A DNA stretch of 64,000 nt from assembly GCA_023246655.1 (NCBI GenBank), contig JAHFHX010000005.1, forward strand, positions 67 to 64,066, in the 5' to 3' direction. The notes beneath the pieces were generated by a model that was not told the origin of the DNA, searched no databases, and saw only the letters and a list, made by a program, of their open reading frames with translations. Below are positions 48,176 to 58,352 of the stretch, piece after piece. The stretch is from Candidatus Magasanikiibacteriota bacterium. GTDB taxonomy: Bacteria; Patescibacteriota; Patescibacteriia; Magasanikbacterales; GWA2-37-8. The translations under genes were made by a program, and so were the position numbers. Position 1 is the stretch's first letter. The number at the start of each line of letters is the position of its first letter.

Positions 48176-49057
48176 TTAATAATAAATTTTTGCCCCGCTT
48201 TTATCACGATGATATTTGCCAAACTCAGTAAGTTGGTTAGCAACTGCTTTTGATACCACCGGCCCTTCCATGCACATGCGGATACCAAGCGGGTCAACGC
48301 AACACTGCCCGCAGATGCCGATGCCGCATTTCATAAAGCGTTCAATGCTAATTTCGCATTCGAGATTACGCAGATTACAAAATTCTAAGACTTTAAATTC
48401 CATCAACTCAGGACCACATGTTACAAATAGTAGCTTTTTTGGCATTGTCTGATTACGCAGATACGAGTCGGCAAGTTCAGACAATAAATCCGTCACATAA
48501 CCTTTGTGTCCCGCGCTACCATCATCAGTTGCCAGGTGGAGAGTTACGTTCGGTAATTTTTTTACCCTTTCTTCAAATAATAAATTGTCTTTATCACGTG
48601 CGCCGACGCAAAAGTCGATTGTGACGTTGTTGTCGTGAGCCAGAGATCCCTCGTCGGCCGCGAGGCCTCGCTCGGGATGACAATTGGAGAGTTCTTCTGC
48701 CAAAAAACCCAGTGGTGCTGCGCCGTATCCGCCCGCGACCATTATGTAGTGGGTGTTTGGTTTTACAGAAAAAGCAGTGCCATAGGGGCCGGTAATGCCT
48801 ACTCGGTCACCAATCTTCATTTCAAACAAAGCTTTGGTAAGAGGGCCGCGGTTGAAAATAGTTAAGCCAAATTGTGCGCCACTATCATAACCAATTGAAA
48901 ACGGTTTTTGGTCGAGTCCGGGTACCCAGAGCATGACGAATTGGCCGGGTTTGCTTTTGAGAGAAAAATTAAAATAAAAAGTTTTGACCTGTTCAGTTTC
49001 GTTGACGATTTTTGTGATCGGTAGAAAAATTGGTTGGTCCATATTTGCAAGTGTCAT
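48176..49057 (-). CDS. pyrK: dihydroorotate dehydrogenase electron transfer subunit
   Basis: FAD/NAD-binding fold plus C-terminal 2Fe-2S Cys cluster CGIGICGQCC; start moved to internal Met because the upstream extension lies in a repeat. Confidence 0.8.
   Translation of the reverse strand: MTLANMDQPIFLPITKIVNETEQVKTFYFNFSLKSKPGQFVMLWVPGLDQKPFSIGYDSGAQFGLTIFNRGPLTKALFEMKIGDRVGITGPYGTAFSVKPNTHYIMVAGGYGAAPLGFLAEELSNCHPERGLAADEGSLAHDNNVTIDFCVGARDKDNLLFEERVKKLPNVTLHLATDDGSAGHKGYVTDLLSELADSYLRNQTMPKKLLFVTCGPELMEFKVLEFCNLRNLECEISIERFMKCGIGICGQCCVDPLGIRMCMEGPVVSKAVANQLTEFGKYHRDKSGAKIYY
48635..48683. repeat. family A half-element inserted in pyrK
   Basis: gtgagccagagatccctcgtcggccgcgaggcctcgctcgggatgacaa in frame (DEGSLAHDNN). 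Confidence 0.65.
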
Positions 49058-49148
49058 TGCGAGGAGTGAGGAACGAACGACGCGGCAATCTCCCTGCTTA
49101 AGACATACGTAAATCGGGGAGATTGCTTCGCTTCGCTCGCAATGACAG
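49053..49148. repeat. family A variant element between pyrD stop and pyrK start
   Basis: gtcattgcgaggagtgaggaacgaacgacgcggcaatctccc...gggagattgcttcgcttcgctcgcaatgacag. Confidence 0.7.
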
Positions 49149-50054
49149 TTAGTGTGCGGCACCTCGAATCTCATCGAGCGATTTAATCCCTTCCTCTTTC
49201 ATAATTCGTTCCATTTCGTCAGTCATGGTTTTGAACACCTCAACACCGCCATAATAAATGGCTGATCCAACTCCGATGAGCGTTGCGCCAGCCATAATCA
49301 TCGCTAGGGCATCTTCACCGGTCGTCACGCCTCCGGTGCCAATGATGGGGATTTTGACGGCCTGGAAAATGTCGTAGACGCATTTGAGGGCAATGGGAAA
49401 GAGCGCCGGGCCAGAAATACCTCCTTGTTTGTTGTGTAAAATTGGTCGACGGGCACGCACATCAATGGCCATGCCGCTGACGGTATTCACCGCCGTAATC
49501 GCGTCCGCGCCAGCCGTTTCTGCCGCTTTGGCAATGTCTACAATATTCCAGGCATTGGGGGATAGTTTCATGATCACTGGGACATTGGTCACGGCCTTTA
49601 CTTTTTTGGTAATCATCTCAATCGCCGGGATAGAATAAGCAAACGGGTCGCCAAATTCGCGGCTCACGTTGGGGCAGGAGACATCAATTTCTAAAAAATC
49701 AATCGGCGCGGCACAGATACGCTCCGACACCGCGGCAAATTCGTCTGGGGTTCCAGCGAACACGCTGCCAATAAGTGGTGCCTCACAAACCGTTTTAAAT
49801 AGTTTTAATTCTTCAACCCCAGCCTCAACTCCCGGGTTGGAAAGACCAACCGCGTTAATATAATAATTTGTCGTACCCATTTGCGTAGGGTTGGGGTGCC
49901 CAGTGCGTGGTGTCAGTGAAAGCGATTTCACCGTCACGCCACCCGCTCCATTCTCAATCACATTTTTCATGCTCGCGGCCGTAACGCCCATGATGCCGGA
50001 GGCGAGGACGAGCGGGTTCTCGAAGGATTTATTAAGGAAGGTGGTTGTGAGCAT
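49149..50054 (-). CDS. pyrD: dihydroorotate dehydrogenase catalytic subunit (class 1B)
   Basis: Start moved to internal Met 38 (MLTTTFLNKSFENPLVLASG); FMN-binding blocks. Confidence 0.9.
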   Translation of the reverse strand: MLTTTFLNKSFENPLVLASGIMGVTAASMKNVIENGAGGVTVKSLSLTPRTGHPNPTQMGTTNYYINAVGLSNPGVEAGVEELKLFKTVCEAPLIGSVFAGTPDEFAAVSERICAAPIDFLEIDVSCPNVSREFGDPFAYSIPAIEMITKKVKAVTNVPVIMKLSPNAWNIVDIAKAAETAGADAITAVNTVSGMAIDVRARRPILHNKQGGISGPALFPIALKCVYDIFQAVKIPIIGTGGVTTGEDALAMIMAGATLIGVGSAIYYGGVEVFKTMTDEMERIMKEEGIKSLDEIRGAAH

Positions 50055-50067
50055 ATAAACCGTTTTT

Positions 50068-50430
50068 CTATAGCTGTTTTGTTTGTTGTTTTTTGTGAAG
50101 CAATTCGCGCGCTTTGGAAGTAGAGATATGAAACCAGTAAGTAGAGTGGCACTCTGGGCACTCATGTACTTGGGCCAGACGATCTCCGTTTGAATTTTCT
50201 TGGCGAGGAGCTACAGCAAGCTGCACAGAAATAATTTTTCCCTTGTCGTGTTGACCATGCAGCAAGCAATTTTTTTTGGGGCAAGTAACACCTGGGCTGT
50301 AGGTTTCGCTGGTAGGAAAAACATTACCCCATATATATTTTTTTTGAGGTAGGGGGTCAGCTTCAATTAGGGTAGTTTGCCGGAACAATAATTCTGAATC
50401 AGAGCCCATATTATTTAGTATTCCGTTCAT
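50068..50430 (-). CDS. small zinc-ribbon hypothetical protein
   Basis: CPKKNC...CPEC pairs; 120 aa. Confidence 0.35.
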   Translation of the reverse strand: MNGILNNMGSDSELLFRQTTLIEADPLPQKKYIWGNVFPTSETYSPGVTCPKKNCLLHGQHDKGKIISVQLAVAPRQENSNGDRLAQVHECPECHSTYWFHISTSKARELLHKKQQTKQL

Positions 50431-50668
50431 TTATAAGTAAACGAATTTTATTTTTCTCTCCACGGTTATACCCACCCATCTTTCCATCACTCCTAATCAC
50501 TCGGTGGCAGGGGATTGCGGGATTATAATTTTTACTTAAAATAGTCCCAACTGCTCGGGAAGCGTTAGGCCGGCCGGCTAGCTTAGCGACTTGTTTGTAA
50601 GTCAACGTTTTGCCAGCAGGGATTTTTTTAACGATGGCGTGGACTTTTTCTTTGAAAGAAGTTTTCAT
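50411..50668 (-). CDS. MGMT family protein (methylated-DNA-protein-cysteine methyltransferase DNA-binding domain only)
   Basis: IPCHRVI active-site motif; 85 aa. Confidence 0.7.
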   Translation of the reverse strand: MKTSFKEKVHAIVKKIPAGKTLTYKQVAKLAGRPNASRAVGTILSKNYNPAIPCHRVIRSDGKMGGYNRGEKNKIRLLINERNTK

Positions 50669-50683
50669 AACGATCGAAAAAAA

Positions 50684-50790
50684 TCCTAAGTACCTAATTT
50701 CTAATATCTAATATAATGCCCAATGCCAAATTTGACATTTTGATTTAGGAATTTTATTAGAAATTAGATATTAGATGAATTAGAAATTAT
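50684..50790. repeat. inverted-repeat element family D
   Basis: Paralog of 5223-5330 and 19625-19732. Confidence 0.75.
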
Positions 50791-51970
50791 AAACCTTTCC
50801 ATTTAAAACAGTTGCGACCGGCCACCCTTTTAATTTCCACCCCGCAAAGGGCGACCAACCACATTTGGTTTTTAAATCCTCGTTTCTAACTTCTTTCTCT
50901 AAATTAAGATCTACTATAACCCAATCATTCGTTTCCGGCAACTCAAAAATTTTTTGTGCATTGCCACTCATCACAGCTACCAATTTTTCCAGTGATAATT
51001 TACCTTTATTGTATGCACTTAGGAGTAAGGGAAGCGAAGTCTCAATCCCCGGAACACCAGAAGGAGAATCCGGATAGGCTCGAGCTTTTTCTTCGAGCGT
51101 GTGCGGGGCGTGGTCGGTTCCAATGGTATCAATAGTACCATCCGCAATGCCCGCCCACAGAGCGCGCTGATCTTCCGGTGTGCGGAGCGGAGGGTTCATC
51201 TGCGCCTTGGAGCCAAGCACGGCGTAGGCTTCGCTATCTAAAAATAAATGATGCGGTGTGGTTTCGGCTGAGACGTTTACCCCTTTTGCCTTGGCCTCGC
51301 GGATTAAATCCACCTCCTCTTTTGTACTCGCGTGGAGAACATAGAGTTTAGTTTTATAAAATTCCGCCATCTCAATAGCCTGCGCCACGGCGCTAGCGGC
51401 GACCGACCGATCTCTAATTAATCCATGCACTTTGATACTATCATTATCTTTAAATTTTTCTTTTTGCATTTTTATTTTTATTTCGTCCTCCGCGTGCACC
51501 GCCACAACTAAATTCAATTCAGCCGCCAGTTTAAAAATTTGTTCTTGGTTAGATCTCTTATCCACGAGTAAATTACCGGTACTTGAACCCATGAACAGTT
51601 TAATTCCAATAATTTCATCTTTTACTTTCTTTATTTCCTCTAAATTATCCGGCGTTGCCCCAAAGTAAAAATAATAATGAAGAGGAATTTCAACTTCAGA
51701 GAGCTGTTCATCAATTATTTGTTTTTTGTTTCTTAGTGCTTCGGCAGTGGTGATAGCCGGTGTATTATTGGGCATATCAAAAACCGTTGTCACACCACCA
51801 TGGATAGCAGCTTGTGCGCCAGTTTTCCAATCTTCTTTATGCTCTCCGCCGGGGACACGAAAGTGGACGTGCGGGTCAATGAGGGCGGGGAGGGCGAGGA
51901 GGTTATTGAGGTTGAGGGAAGAGGGGAGATCAAGGTCAAGATTCTGATTGTTGTAGCTTTTGATCAGCAT
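50780..51970 (-). CDS. pyrC: dihydroorotase (amidohydrolase)
   Basis: DPHVHFR metal-binding start, DHAPH motif; within pyr cluster. Confidence 0.8.
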   Translation of the reverse strand: MLIKSYNNQNLDLDLPSSLNLNNLLALPALIDPHVHFRVPGGEHKEDWKTGAQAAIHGGVTTVFDMPNNTPAITTAEALRNKKQIIDEQLSEVEIPLHYYFYFGATPDNLEEIKKVKDEIIGIKLFMGSSTGNLLVDKRSNQEQIFKLAAELNLVVAVHAEDEIKIKMQKEKFKDNDSIKVHGLIRDRSVAASAVAQAIEMAEFYKTKLYVLHASTKEEVDLIREAKAKGVNVSAETTPHHLFLDSEAYAVLGSKAQMNPPLRTPEDQRALWAGIADGTIDTIGTDHAPHTLEEKARAYPDSPSGVPGIETSLPLLLSAYNKGKLSLEKLVAVMSGNAQKIFELPETNDWVIVDLNLEKEVRNEDLKTKCGWSPFAGWKLKGWPVATVLNGKVYNF

Positions 51971-51974
51971 GTGT

Positions 51975-52431
51975 TAATTTTCAATTTTTAATTTACAATT
52001 TTCAATGAATGATCAATTTCCAATTCAGCTCTTTTTACCGTCTAACGTCATTAAAATTTTTTGAAAAATCAACGTTAACTCCTGAGCTTCTTTCCAATTT
52101 ATTCGCAATTCCTCTTGTCTATTTGCGTCGGTGGTCGCTAACATTCTTAACCAATGTTTTGTCTCCTGAACTTCCTTTTTACAAATATAAATTTTATTTC
52201 TAAAATCTTTTGGTGATGAGGCGCCATTAGCCTCCATATAATTTGCTCCAACACTCGTAGCCGACCGTAGTATCTGGGAAACAATAGAACGATTAAATTC
52301 ATTAAGTGTCAAACTCTTACAAAATTTAATAATAATCTCACCAAAGCGAGCCGTCCTATCTTCCAAATCATATTTTGAAAATTGAGTCATTGCAAATTGA
52401 TTGAAAATTGTAAATTAAAAAATTGAAAATT
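51975..52431. mobile_element. IR-flanked cassette carrying a four-helix-bundle ORF
   Basis: About 33-bp IRs aattttcaatttttaatttacaattttcaat / attgaaaattgtaaattaaaaaattgaaaatt. Confidence 0.7.
52025..52390 (-). CDS. four helix bundle protein (TIGR02436 family)
   Basis: FPK.E...L..Q..RSATSVGANYMEANG signature. Confidence 0.8.
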   Translation of the reverse strand: MTQFSKYDLEDRTARFGEIIIKFCKSLTLNEFNRSIVSQILRSATSVGANYMEANGASSPKDFRNKIYICKKEVQETKHWLRMLATTDANRQEELRINWKEAQELTLIFQKILMTLDGKKS

Positions 52432-52896
52432 TCAAAGGTTATAATCCTTAATCTCTTCCTGTTCAAAAATTTTCTCGCAATATTTGCAACTCAACTTAAT
52501 CACCGTGCCGTAGCGTTTTACAGAAAACAAGGTCGTCATGCGCTCAAAGTTGGTAATGCACTTGGGGTTGGGGCATACTACTACGCGTTCGATTGTTTGC
52601 GGAATTTGGACTTTAAATTTTTTGGTGACTTTATAATTTTTAATAATATTAATTGATGCCTCGGGAGCGAGCAAAGCAACCTCGTTGGCTTCTTCTGGCG
52701 TGAGTTCACGCCCCTCCACTTTGATTAAATCTTTGTGCCCCATGGCGCGGCTGGGGAGGTTAAGACCAACCGTGACAACCTTCTTGTGATCAGGGAGACG
52801 TAAAACGCGAATAATTTTTAACGCTCGGCCAGCGGTAATGTGGTCAATCACGGTGCCGTCTTTGATGGCGGAGACTAGTAATTCTTGTGGAGTCAT
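52432..52896 (-). CDS. pyrI: aspartate carbamoyltransferase regulatory subunit
   Basis: Allosteric domain plus zinc domain CPNPKC...CKYCE. Confidence 0.9.
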   Translation of the reverse strand: MTPQELLVSAIKDGTVIDHITAGRALKIIRVLRLPDHKKVVTVGLNLPSRAMGHKDLIKVEGRELTPEEANEVALLAPEASINIIKNYKVTKKFKVQIPQTIERVVVCPNPKCITNFERMTTLFSVKRYGTVIKLSCKYCEKIFEQEEIKDYNL

Positions 52897-52935
52897 AAGA
52901 TATTTAATTATTTTGAGTTACAAAACATCAATTTT

Positions 52936-53138
52936 TGTCATCCCGAGCGCACGAGGGATCTCTGGCTCACACATTTGTCATTTCGAGCGGAGTGACGCCT
53001 CGCGGCGGAACGAAGTCGAGAAATCTCGTCGTATCGTTGCGAGATTCATCCACTACGCTCCTTCGTCGTCGCTTCGGTCGGAATGACAAGTAAGCCAGAG
53101 ATCCCTCGTCGGCTGCGAAGCCTCGCTCGGGATGACAG
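52936..53138. repeat. tandem family A elements between pyrB stop and pyrI start
   Basis: Two adjacent copies of gtcatcccgagcg...gagggatctctggctca ... gggatgacag. Confidence 0.8.
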
Positions 53139-53144
53139 TGTATG

Positions 53145-54062
53145 TTAGAATTTTCCTAAAACCAAACCAAACAGCGCCTCGCGAACATACAACCCATTCT
53201 CAGCTTCTTGAAAATAATAGGCATACGGCGTGGCATCAACGTCGGGGGCAACTTCGTTCACGCGCGGCAGGGGATGAAGGATTTTTAAATTTGATTTTAC
53301 ACCCTTGAGCATAGCGGCGGTGAGTACATACGCATTTTTTACTTTCTCATACTCCGCTGGATCACCAAAACGCTCTGCCTGAATGCGGGTCATGTAGAGA
53401 ATATCAACTTTCGGCAGTATCGGTTCTAATTCGGAATGTAGAGAAAATTTAATGCGACTTAATTTAAATTCATCCAAAATATATTCCGGCATCTGGAGCA
53501 TTTCTGGCGCGACACAGTAAACCCGCGAATTAAAGTGGCACAGTGCCTGTGCAAGCGAGTGTACCGTGCGCCCATATTTTAAGTCACCAACAAACGCAAT
53601 GGATAAATTTTCTAATTTTTTTTGCGTTTCCTGAATGCTCAATAAATCCAGAAAAGTTTGGCTGGGGTGTTGATTAGCGCCATCGCCGCCATTGATGATG
53701 GGTTTTTCGCTCGCTTCAGCTGCTCGGCGTGCTGCTCCTTCCAGCGGATGGCGCATCGCAATAACATCCGCATATTGCGAGATAATTTTAATTGAATCAT
53801 AGAGTGTCTCGCCTTTTTTAGTGGAGGTAACATTTGGATCAGCGAAACCAATAACCTTACCTCCTAGACGTTGCATAGCGGTTTCAAAAGAAAGCCGGGT
53901 TCTAGTGGACGGCTCAAAAAAACAACTCCCGAGGACATAGCCGTCGAGGAGTTTTGGCTGCGGTTTCTTTTTGAGCGCGCTCGCTACTTTTAGAACATGA
54001 AGAATTTCTTCTTTGGTGAATTCTTTGATGGAGAGGATGTCGCGATTTTTAAATGTGAGCAT
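53145..54062 (-). CDS. pyrB: aspartate carbamoyltransferase catalytic subunit
   Basis: STRTR carbamoyl-phosphate motif, HPLP. Confidence 0.95.
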   Translation of the reverse strand: MLTFKNRDILSIKEFTKEEILHVLKVASALKKKPQPKLLDGYVLGSCFFEPSTRTRLSFETAMQRLGGKVIGFADPNVTSTKKGETLYDSIKIISQYADVIAMRHPLEGAARRAAEASEKPIINGGDGANQHPSQTFLDLLSIQETQKKLENLSIAFVGDLKYGRTVHSLAQALCHFNSRVYCVAPEMLQMPEYILDEFKLSRIKFSLHSELEPILPKVDILYMTRIQAERFGDPAEYEKVKNAYVLTAAMLKGVKSNLKILHPLPRVNEVAPDVDATPYAYYFQEAENGLYVREALFGLVLGKF

Positions 54063-54083
54063 AGTAGATGGTTATTAGTTAAT

Positions 54084-54196
54084 CCCCCCTCGAGGGGGGC
54101 TCACGGGGGGTGTAAGACTCTTGTGTGGCCGTTTCGTCGTCCAACCGTTAGCGACGCAAAGGTCTCACACCCCCACTACCCCCCTCGAGGGGGGAA
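54084..54196. repeat. family B palindromic element overlapping the carB 3' end
   Basis: cccccctcgaggggggc...ggtgtaag...tctcacaccccc...cccctcgagggggg; supplies the last about 15 codons and stop of carB. Confidence 0.75.
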
Positions 54197-57100
54197 TTTA
54201 CAAATTCCTGCCACGAGAGAGGCACTCCGTCCTTTTTTGCTCTATTCGTCAAACAATCCAGAAACAACATTGCCGTTTGCAGGTTGGTAATAATAGGCAC
54301 GTGATGGTTAATAGCCATGCGGCGAATTTGGTAACCATCAGTCGTCACTTTCTTGCCCTGGCCACTTGGAATATTTATTACCACATCCACCTCGCGCTCC
54401 GCAATTGCTGTCAACACATTTGGCTCACCGCCCTCGCGTGCTTTATATAAAAAAGCCGAGGCAATACCGTGGCGTGACAGAAAATCGTGCGTGCCTTCAG
54501 TAGCATAAATGTTCCACCCCTCTTCGTCAAGCTGTTTAATAGCCGGCAGAAGTTCTAATTTTTTATCGCCACCAATGGAGAGTAAAATATTTTTGCCCTT
54601 AACCGTTTGTTCAGTCGCAAGCCAGGACATAAAGAACGCTTCTTGGTAGTTGCGCCCCAGGCACGCCACCTCGCCAGTCGAGGCCATCTCCACACTGGCA
54701 ATCGGGTCCGACCCTTTGAGTCGGTTATAAGAGAATTGCGGGGTTTTTACCCCCACATAGTCCAAATCAAGGGTAAAATACTGGGCTGGCACGTGACGAC
54801 CCAGCATCACTTGCGTGGCAATCTCAATAAAATTATGGCCGGTCACTTTGGAAACAAACGGAAAAGAGCGTGAAGCACGTAAATTACATTCAATAACTTT
54901 AACCTCATTATTTTTGGCCAGCAGTTGAAAGTTAAAAGGCCCGGTAATGTTAAGCGCCGCCACAATCTGGCGCGCGATGTGTTTTGCTTGGCGAATTGTT
55001 TCGAGGTAGAGCCGCTGTGGTGGAAGTACAATGGTCGCGTCTCCCGAATGTACGCCCGCATTTTCAATATGTTCCGAAATTGCCTTAATCACAATTTCTC
55101 CATCCTGCGCCACGCCATCCACCTCCAATTCTTTTGCTCCAGTAATAAATTTTGACATTACCACCGGGTGCTCGGGCGACACAATCGCCGCTTCGCCCAA
55201 ATATTTCTCCAATTCTTCGTCACTCCACACCACATTCATGGCTGTGCCGGAAAGAATATATGAAGGGCGGATGATAAGAGGATACTGAACATCACTCGCA
55301 AATTTTTTAGCGGCCGAGAGGTTAGTCACTTCTTGCCAGGTTGGCTGGTCTATTTTAAGTTTATTCAAAAGTGCGGAAAATTTTTGACGATTTTCAGCGA
55401 TGTCGATTGATTGGGGGGAGGTGCCGAGGATGAGCATCGTCGGTTTACTGTCATCCCGACGACGAAGGAGGGATCTCTGGCTTACCGATTCAACTGTCAT
55501 CCCGAGCGAGGCCTCGCGGCCGACGAGGGATCTTTGTCCGTCGATTGGTGAGCCAGAGATTCCTTGTCGCTGCGGCGCTCCTCGGAATGACAATTGAGGG
55601 TATGCCTTCGCGAGTGGAAGTGCCAAATTATTCGGAATTTGCCCACCCACCGACACAATGATCCCCTTGGGATTTTCAAAATCCGCAATGTCGCGCACTC
55701 TTTCCAAAGTTAATTCTTCAAAATACAAACGATCTGATTCGTCATAATCAGTGGAGACCGTTTCCGGGTTAGAGTTGATAATAATGGGGGATTCATCTAG
55801 TTTGCGCAGTGTCCGGGCGGTGTTGACGGCGCACCAATCAAATTCTACGGATGATCCGATACAGTACGGGCCAGAGCCAAGGACGATAATGGATTTTTTT
55901 GTACTCGGTTTTATATCATGTTCGGTGCCATGATACGTTGTGTAAAGATAATTAGTTTCGGCAGAAAATTCTCCAGCCAAAGTATCAATTTGTTTTATCA
56001 CCGGCGTAATTTTATTTTTAATGCGCAGTTCTCGGATTTTGTCTTCGGTTGAGTTGATTAATTTGGCGATGGTTTTGTCGGAGAAGCCGAATTGTTTGGC
56101 GGTGCGGAACAACTCCCCCCTCGAGGGGGGTAGTGGGGGTGTGAGTCCTTTGCGTCGCGGATCATTCGCCAACCGTGAGCCACGCAGGGGTCTTACACCC
56201 CCCATGAGGCCCCCCTCGAGGGGGGATTTGCGAACGCTGTGTTCAACATCCACAATCGCCTTCACATGCTCCAAAAACCATTTATCAATCTTCGACATCT
56301 CATGAATTTTCTCCACACTCATCCCACCACGCATCGCCTTATAAATTGCAAACAAACGCCGATCGGTTGGGTGTTCAATTTCCGCCTCGGGATCAGGAAT
56401 ATCATGCGGATAGTCACTCAAGCCATTGGCGCCAATGTTTAACATGCGCACGGCTTTTTGGAGCGCCTCCGGAAATGATCGCCCAATTGCCATCACCTCA
56501 CCAACACTTTTCATTTCCGATCCAATGGTCCGTTCCGCGATTTTAAATTTCGTTAAATCCCACCGCGGAATTTTCACCACGAGATAGTCGAGCGCCGGTT
56601 CAAAACAGGCGGACGTTTTTTTCGTCACGGAATTTCGGAGTTCATGCAATTGTTTCCCCAGCGCTAGTTTCGCAGCGACGAACGCAAGGGGATACCCAGT
56701 GGCTTTAGATGCGAGCGCACTCGACCGGCTCAACCGCGCGTTCATCTCAATCACGCGGTAATCGCCGTTCTTAGGGTTCAGCGCATACTGAATATTACAT
56801 TCGCCGACAATTCCCATTGCTCGCGCTACCTTGATAGCTACCTCGCGCAGCATGTGATACTCCTCATTCGTCAGCGTCTGCGACGGCGCGACCACAATGC
56901 TCTCGCCCGTATGAATACCCATGGGGTCAAAATTTTCCATGTTACACACCGTAATGGCGGTGTCATTACTATCGCGCACAATTTCGTATTCAATTTCTTT
57001 CCACCCGCCCAAATATTCTTCAATCAAAATTTGGGGAGCACCATGCAGTGCTTCCCCGGCGCGTTCGCGGAGTTCAGCCTCATTCTCAATTTTTCCTGAT

Positions 57101-57627
57101 CCTAATCCGCCGAGCGAAAAACCCGAGCGCATCATAATCGGGTATTTTATTTTTTTTGCTGCCTCAAGGGCTTCCTCCACCGTCGTCACCGCAAAACTCA
57201 CCGGAGTCTTAATCCCAATCTTAGTCAAAGCCCTCTTGAAGAAATCCCGATCCTCAGTAATGCGTATCGCTTCCACTGGAGTCCCGAGAACCACAACCCC
57301 ATTTTTTTTTAACACCCCTTTTGCCTCCAACGCGAGCCCCAAATTCAGCGCCGTCTGCCCGCCAAAACCCAAGAGGATCCCGTCCGGTTTTTCTTTTTTA
57401 ATAATTTGCGAAACGGTTTCTAAATTGAGTGGCTGTAAATAAACCGTGTCTGCCATCCCCGGGTCCGTTTGCACCGTGGCAATATTGGGGTTCACGAGTA
57501 CGGTAAAAATTCCCTCTTCTTTAAGAGCTTTAATGGCCTGTGAGCCGGAGTAATCGAATTCGCCAGCTTGGCCAATGCGGAGACCGCCGGAGCCGAGGAG
57601 GAGGATTTTTTTAATTTGTTTGGGCAT
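54148..57627 (-). CDS. carB: carbamoyl-phosphate synthase large subunit
   Basis: Two ATP-grasp halves, oligomerisation and MGS-like domains; two extra internal inserts. Confidence 0.95.
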   Translation of the reverse strand: MPKQIKKILLLGSGGLRIGQAGEFDYSGSQAIKALKEEGIFTVLVNPNIATVQTDPGMADTVYLQPLNLETVSQIIKKEKPDGILLGFGGQTALNLGLALEAKGVLKKNGVVVLGTPVEAIRITEDRDFFKRALTKIGIKTPVSFAVTTVEEALEAAKKIKYPIMMRSGFSLGGLGSGKIENEAELRERAGEALHGAPQILIEEYLGGWKEIEYEIVRDSNDTAITVCNMENFDPMGIHTGESIVVAPSQTLTNEEYHMLREVAIKVARAMGIVGECNIQYALNPKNGDYRVIEMNARLSRSSALASKATGYPLAFVAAKLALGKQLHELRNSVTKKTSACFEPALDYLVVKIPRWDLTKFKIAERTIGSEMKSVGEVMAIGRSFPEALQKAVRMLNIGANGLSDYPHDIPDPEAEIEHPTDRRLFAIYKAMRGGMSVEKIHEMSKIDKWFLEHVKAIVDVEHSVRKSPLEGGLMGGVRPLRGSRLANDPRRKGLTPPLPPSRGELFRTAKQFGFSDKTIAKLINSTEDKIRELRIKNKITPVIKQIDTLAGEFSAETNYLYTTYHGTEHDIKPSTKKSIIVLGSGPYCIGSSVEFDWCAVNTARTLRKLDESPIIINSNPETVSTDYDESDRLYFEELTLERVRDIADFENPKGIIVSVGGQIPNNLALPLAKAYPQLSFRGAPQRQGISGSPIDGQRSLVGREASLGMTVESVSQRSLLRRRDDSKPTMLILGTSPQSIDIAENRQKFSALLNKLKIDQPTWQEVTNLSAAKKFASDVQYPLIIRPSYILSGTAMNVVWSDEELEKYLGEAAIVSPEHPVVMSKFITGAKELEVDGVAQDGEIVIKAISEHIENAGVHSGDATIVLPPQRLYLETIRQAKHIARQIVAALNITGPFNFQLLAKNNEVKVIECNLRASRSFPFVSKVTGHNFIEIATQVMLGRHVPAQYFTLDLDYVGVKTPQFSYNRLKGSDPIASVEMASTGEVACLGRNYQEAFFMSWLATEQTVKGKNILLSIGGDKKLELLPAIKQLDEEGWNIYATEGTHDFLSRHGIASAFLYKAREGGEPNVLTAIAEREVDVVINIPSGQGKKVTTDGYQIRRMAINHHVPIITNLQTAMLFLDCLTNRAKKDGVPLSWQEFVNSPLEGGSGGVRPLRR
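55448..55593. repeat. family A element inserted in frame in carB
   Basis: Translates to ...GQRSLVGREASLGMTVESVSQRSLLRRRDDSK... inside carB. Confidence 0.75.
56114..56226. repeat. family B element inserted in frame in carB
   Basis: Translates to PLEGGLMGGVRPLRGSRLANDPRRKGLTPPLPPSRGE. Confidence 0.75.
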
Positions 57628-57636
57628 AGTCTTTAA

Positions 57637-57685
57637 CTGTCATCCCGAGCGAGGCTTCGCAGCCGACGAGGGATCTCTGTCTCAG
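57637..57685. repeat. family A half-element immediately upstream of carB start
   Basis: ctgtcatcccgagcgaggcttcgcagccgacgagggatctctgtctcag. Confidence 0.7.
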
Positions 57686-57804
57686 TTTTTACTTTATCTT
57701 AGCCAAATTTATTAAATTTCACCCTGTCGTCACTTGCTTTCTTCTTCTTCTGCTATTATGCCTTGTTCCTCTAGCGCCACGGTAGCGCGAGAAAGGAGGA
57801 CAAA

Positions 57805-58032
57805 ATGGTGGCAGACATAGTAAAACCGTTACTGACTACTCTGATGGTAGTGTTCGGTTGGGGAGGGTGGTTTCTAACCTTTCAGGTTTTCGTGTCATGG
57901 GCCCTGTCATGGGCAATGGGCGGGGGGCGGGTCACGAACGCCGAGATGGCGGAGTGGGTGGGATGGTCGGTGCTCTTCACCGCCGTCCCCTGGTTGATTC
58001 TGCGCCGGCTTGACCGTCGGCCGCGGAACTGA
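57805..58032 (+). CDS. small GC-rich two-TM membrane protein with strong Shine-Dalgarno sequence
   Basis: aaggagg 5 nt upstream of ATG; 75 aa, Trp/Gly-rich hydrophobic; two downstream hairpin terminators (58042-58089, 58098-58164). Confidence 0.4.
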   Translation: MVADIVKPLLTTLMVVFGWGGWFLTFQVFVSWALSWAMGGGRVTNAEMAEWVGWSVLFTAVPWLILRRLDRRPRN

Positions 58033-58041
58033 CCCCCCAAG

Positions 58042-58164
58042 CCTCGCCGCCACATCTCCGGCAATTCGGGAGACTGTGGCGGCGAGGCCAAGCGAAAAAC
58101 CAACCTACCAATCTCACCATGTTTTCAAATCCTTGAAGATATGGTGAGTAGGTTGGTTTTTTGT
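58042..58164 (+). terminator. tandem terminator hairpins after small ORF
   Basis: 13-bp stem cctcgccgccaca...tgtggcggcgagg, then accaacctac...gtaggttggt followed by tttttt. Confidence 0.5.
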
Positions 58165-58185
58165 TTTAAAAGGACACTCGCCATT

Positions 58186-58352
58186 TGTCATTCCGACCGC
58201 AGGAGGAATCTCTGGCTCACTCAACGGTGTCGACATCGGTCGTTGGTTGAGCCAGAGATCCCTCGTCGCCGCGAGGCTCGCTCGGGATGACAGATCGCCA
58301 TAACCATTTAGCCATGTCAACTAGATCCTTCGCTCCGACTCAGGATGACACC
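58186..58352. repeat. family A elements at carA 3' end
   Basis: tgtcattccgaccgc...gagccagagatccctcgtcgcc...gggatgacag plus half copy ctagatccttcgctccgactcaggatgaca. Confidence 0.7.

Noticed and set aside
48176-50165. Long N-terminal extensions of pyrK (to 49174) and pyrD (to 50165) in the ORF track
   Set aside because: Extensions run through repeat elements or the upstream gene. Conserved N-termini begin at internal Met residues (49057/49042 and 50054).
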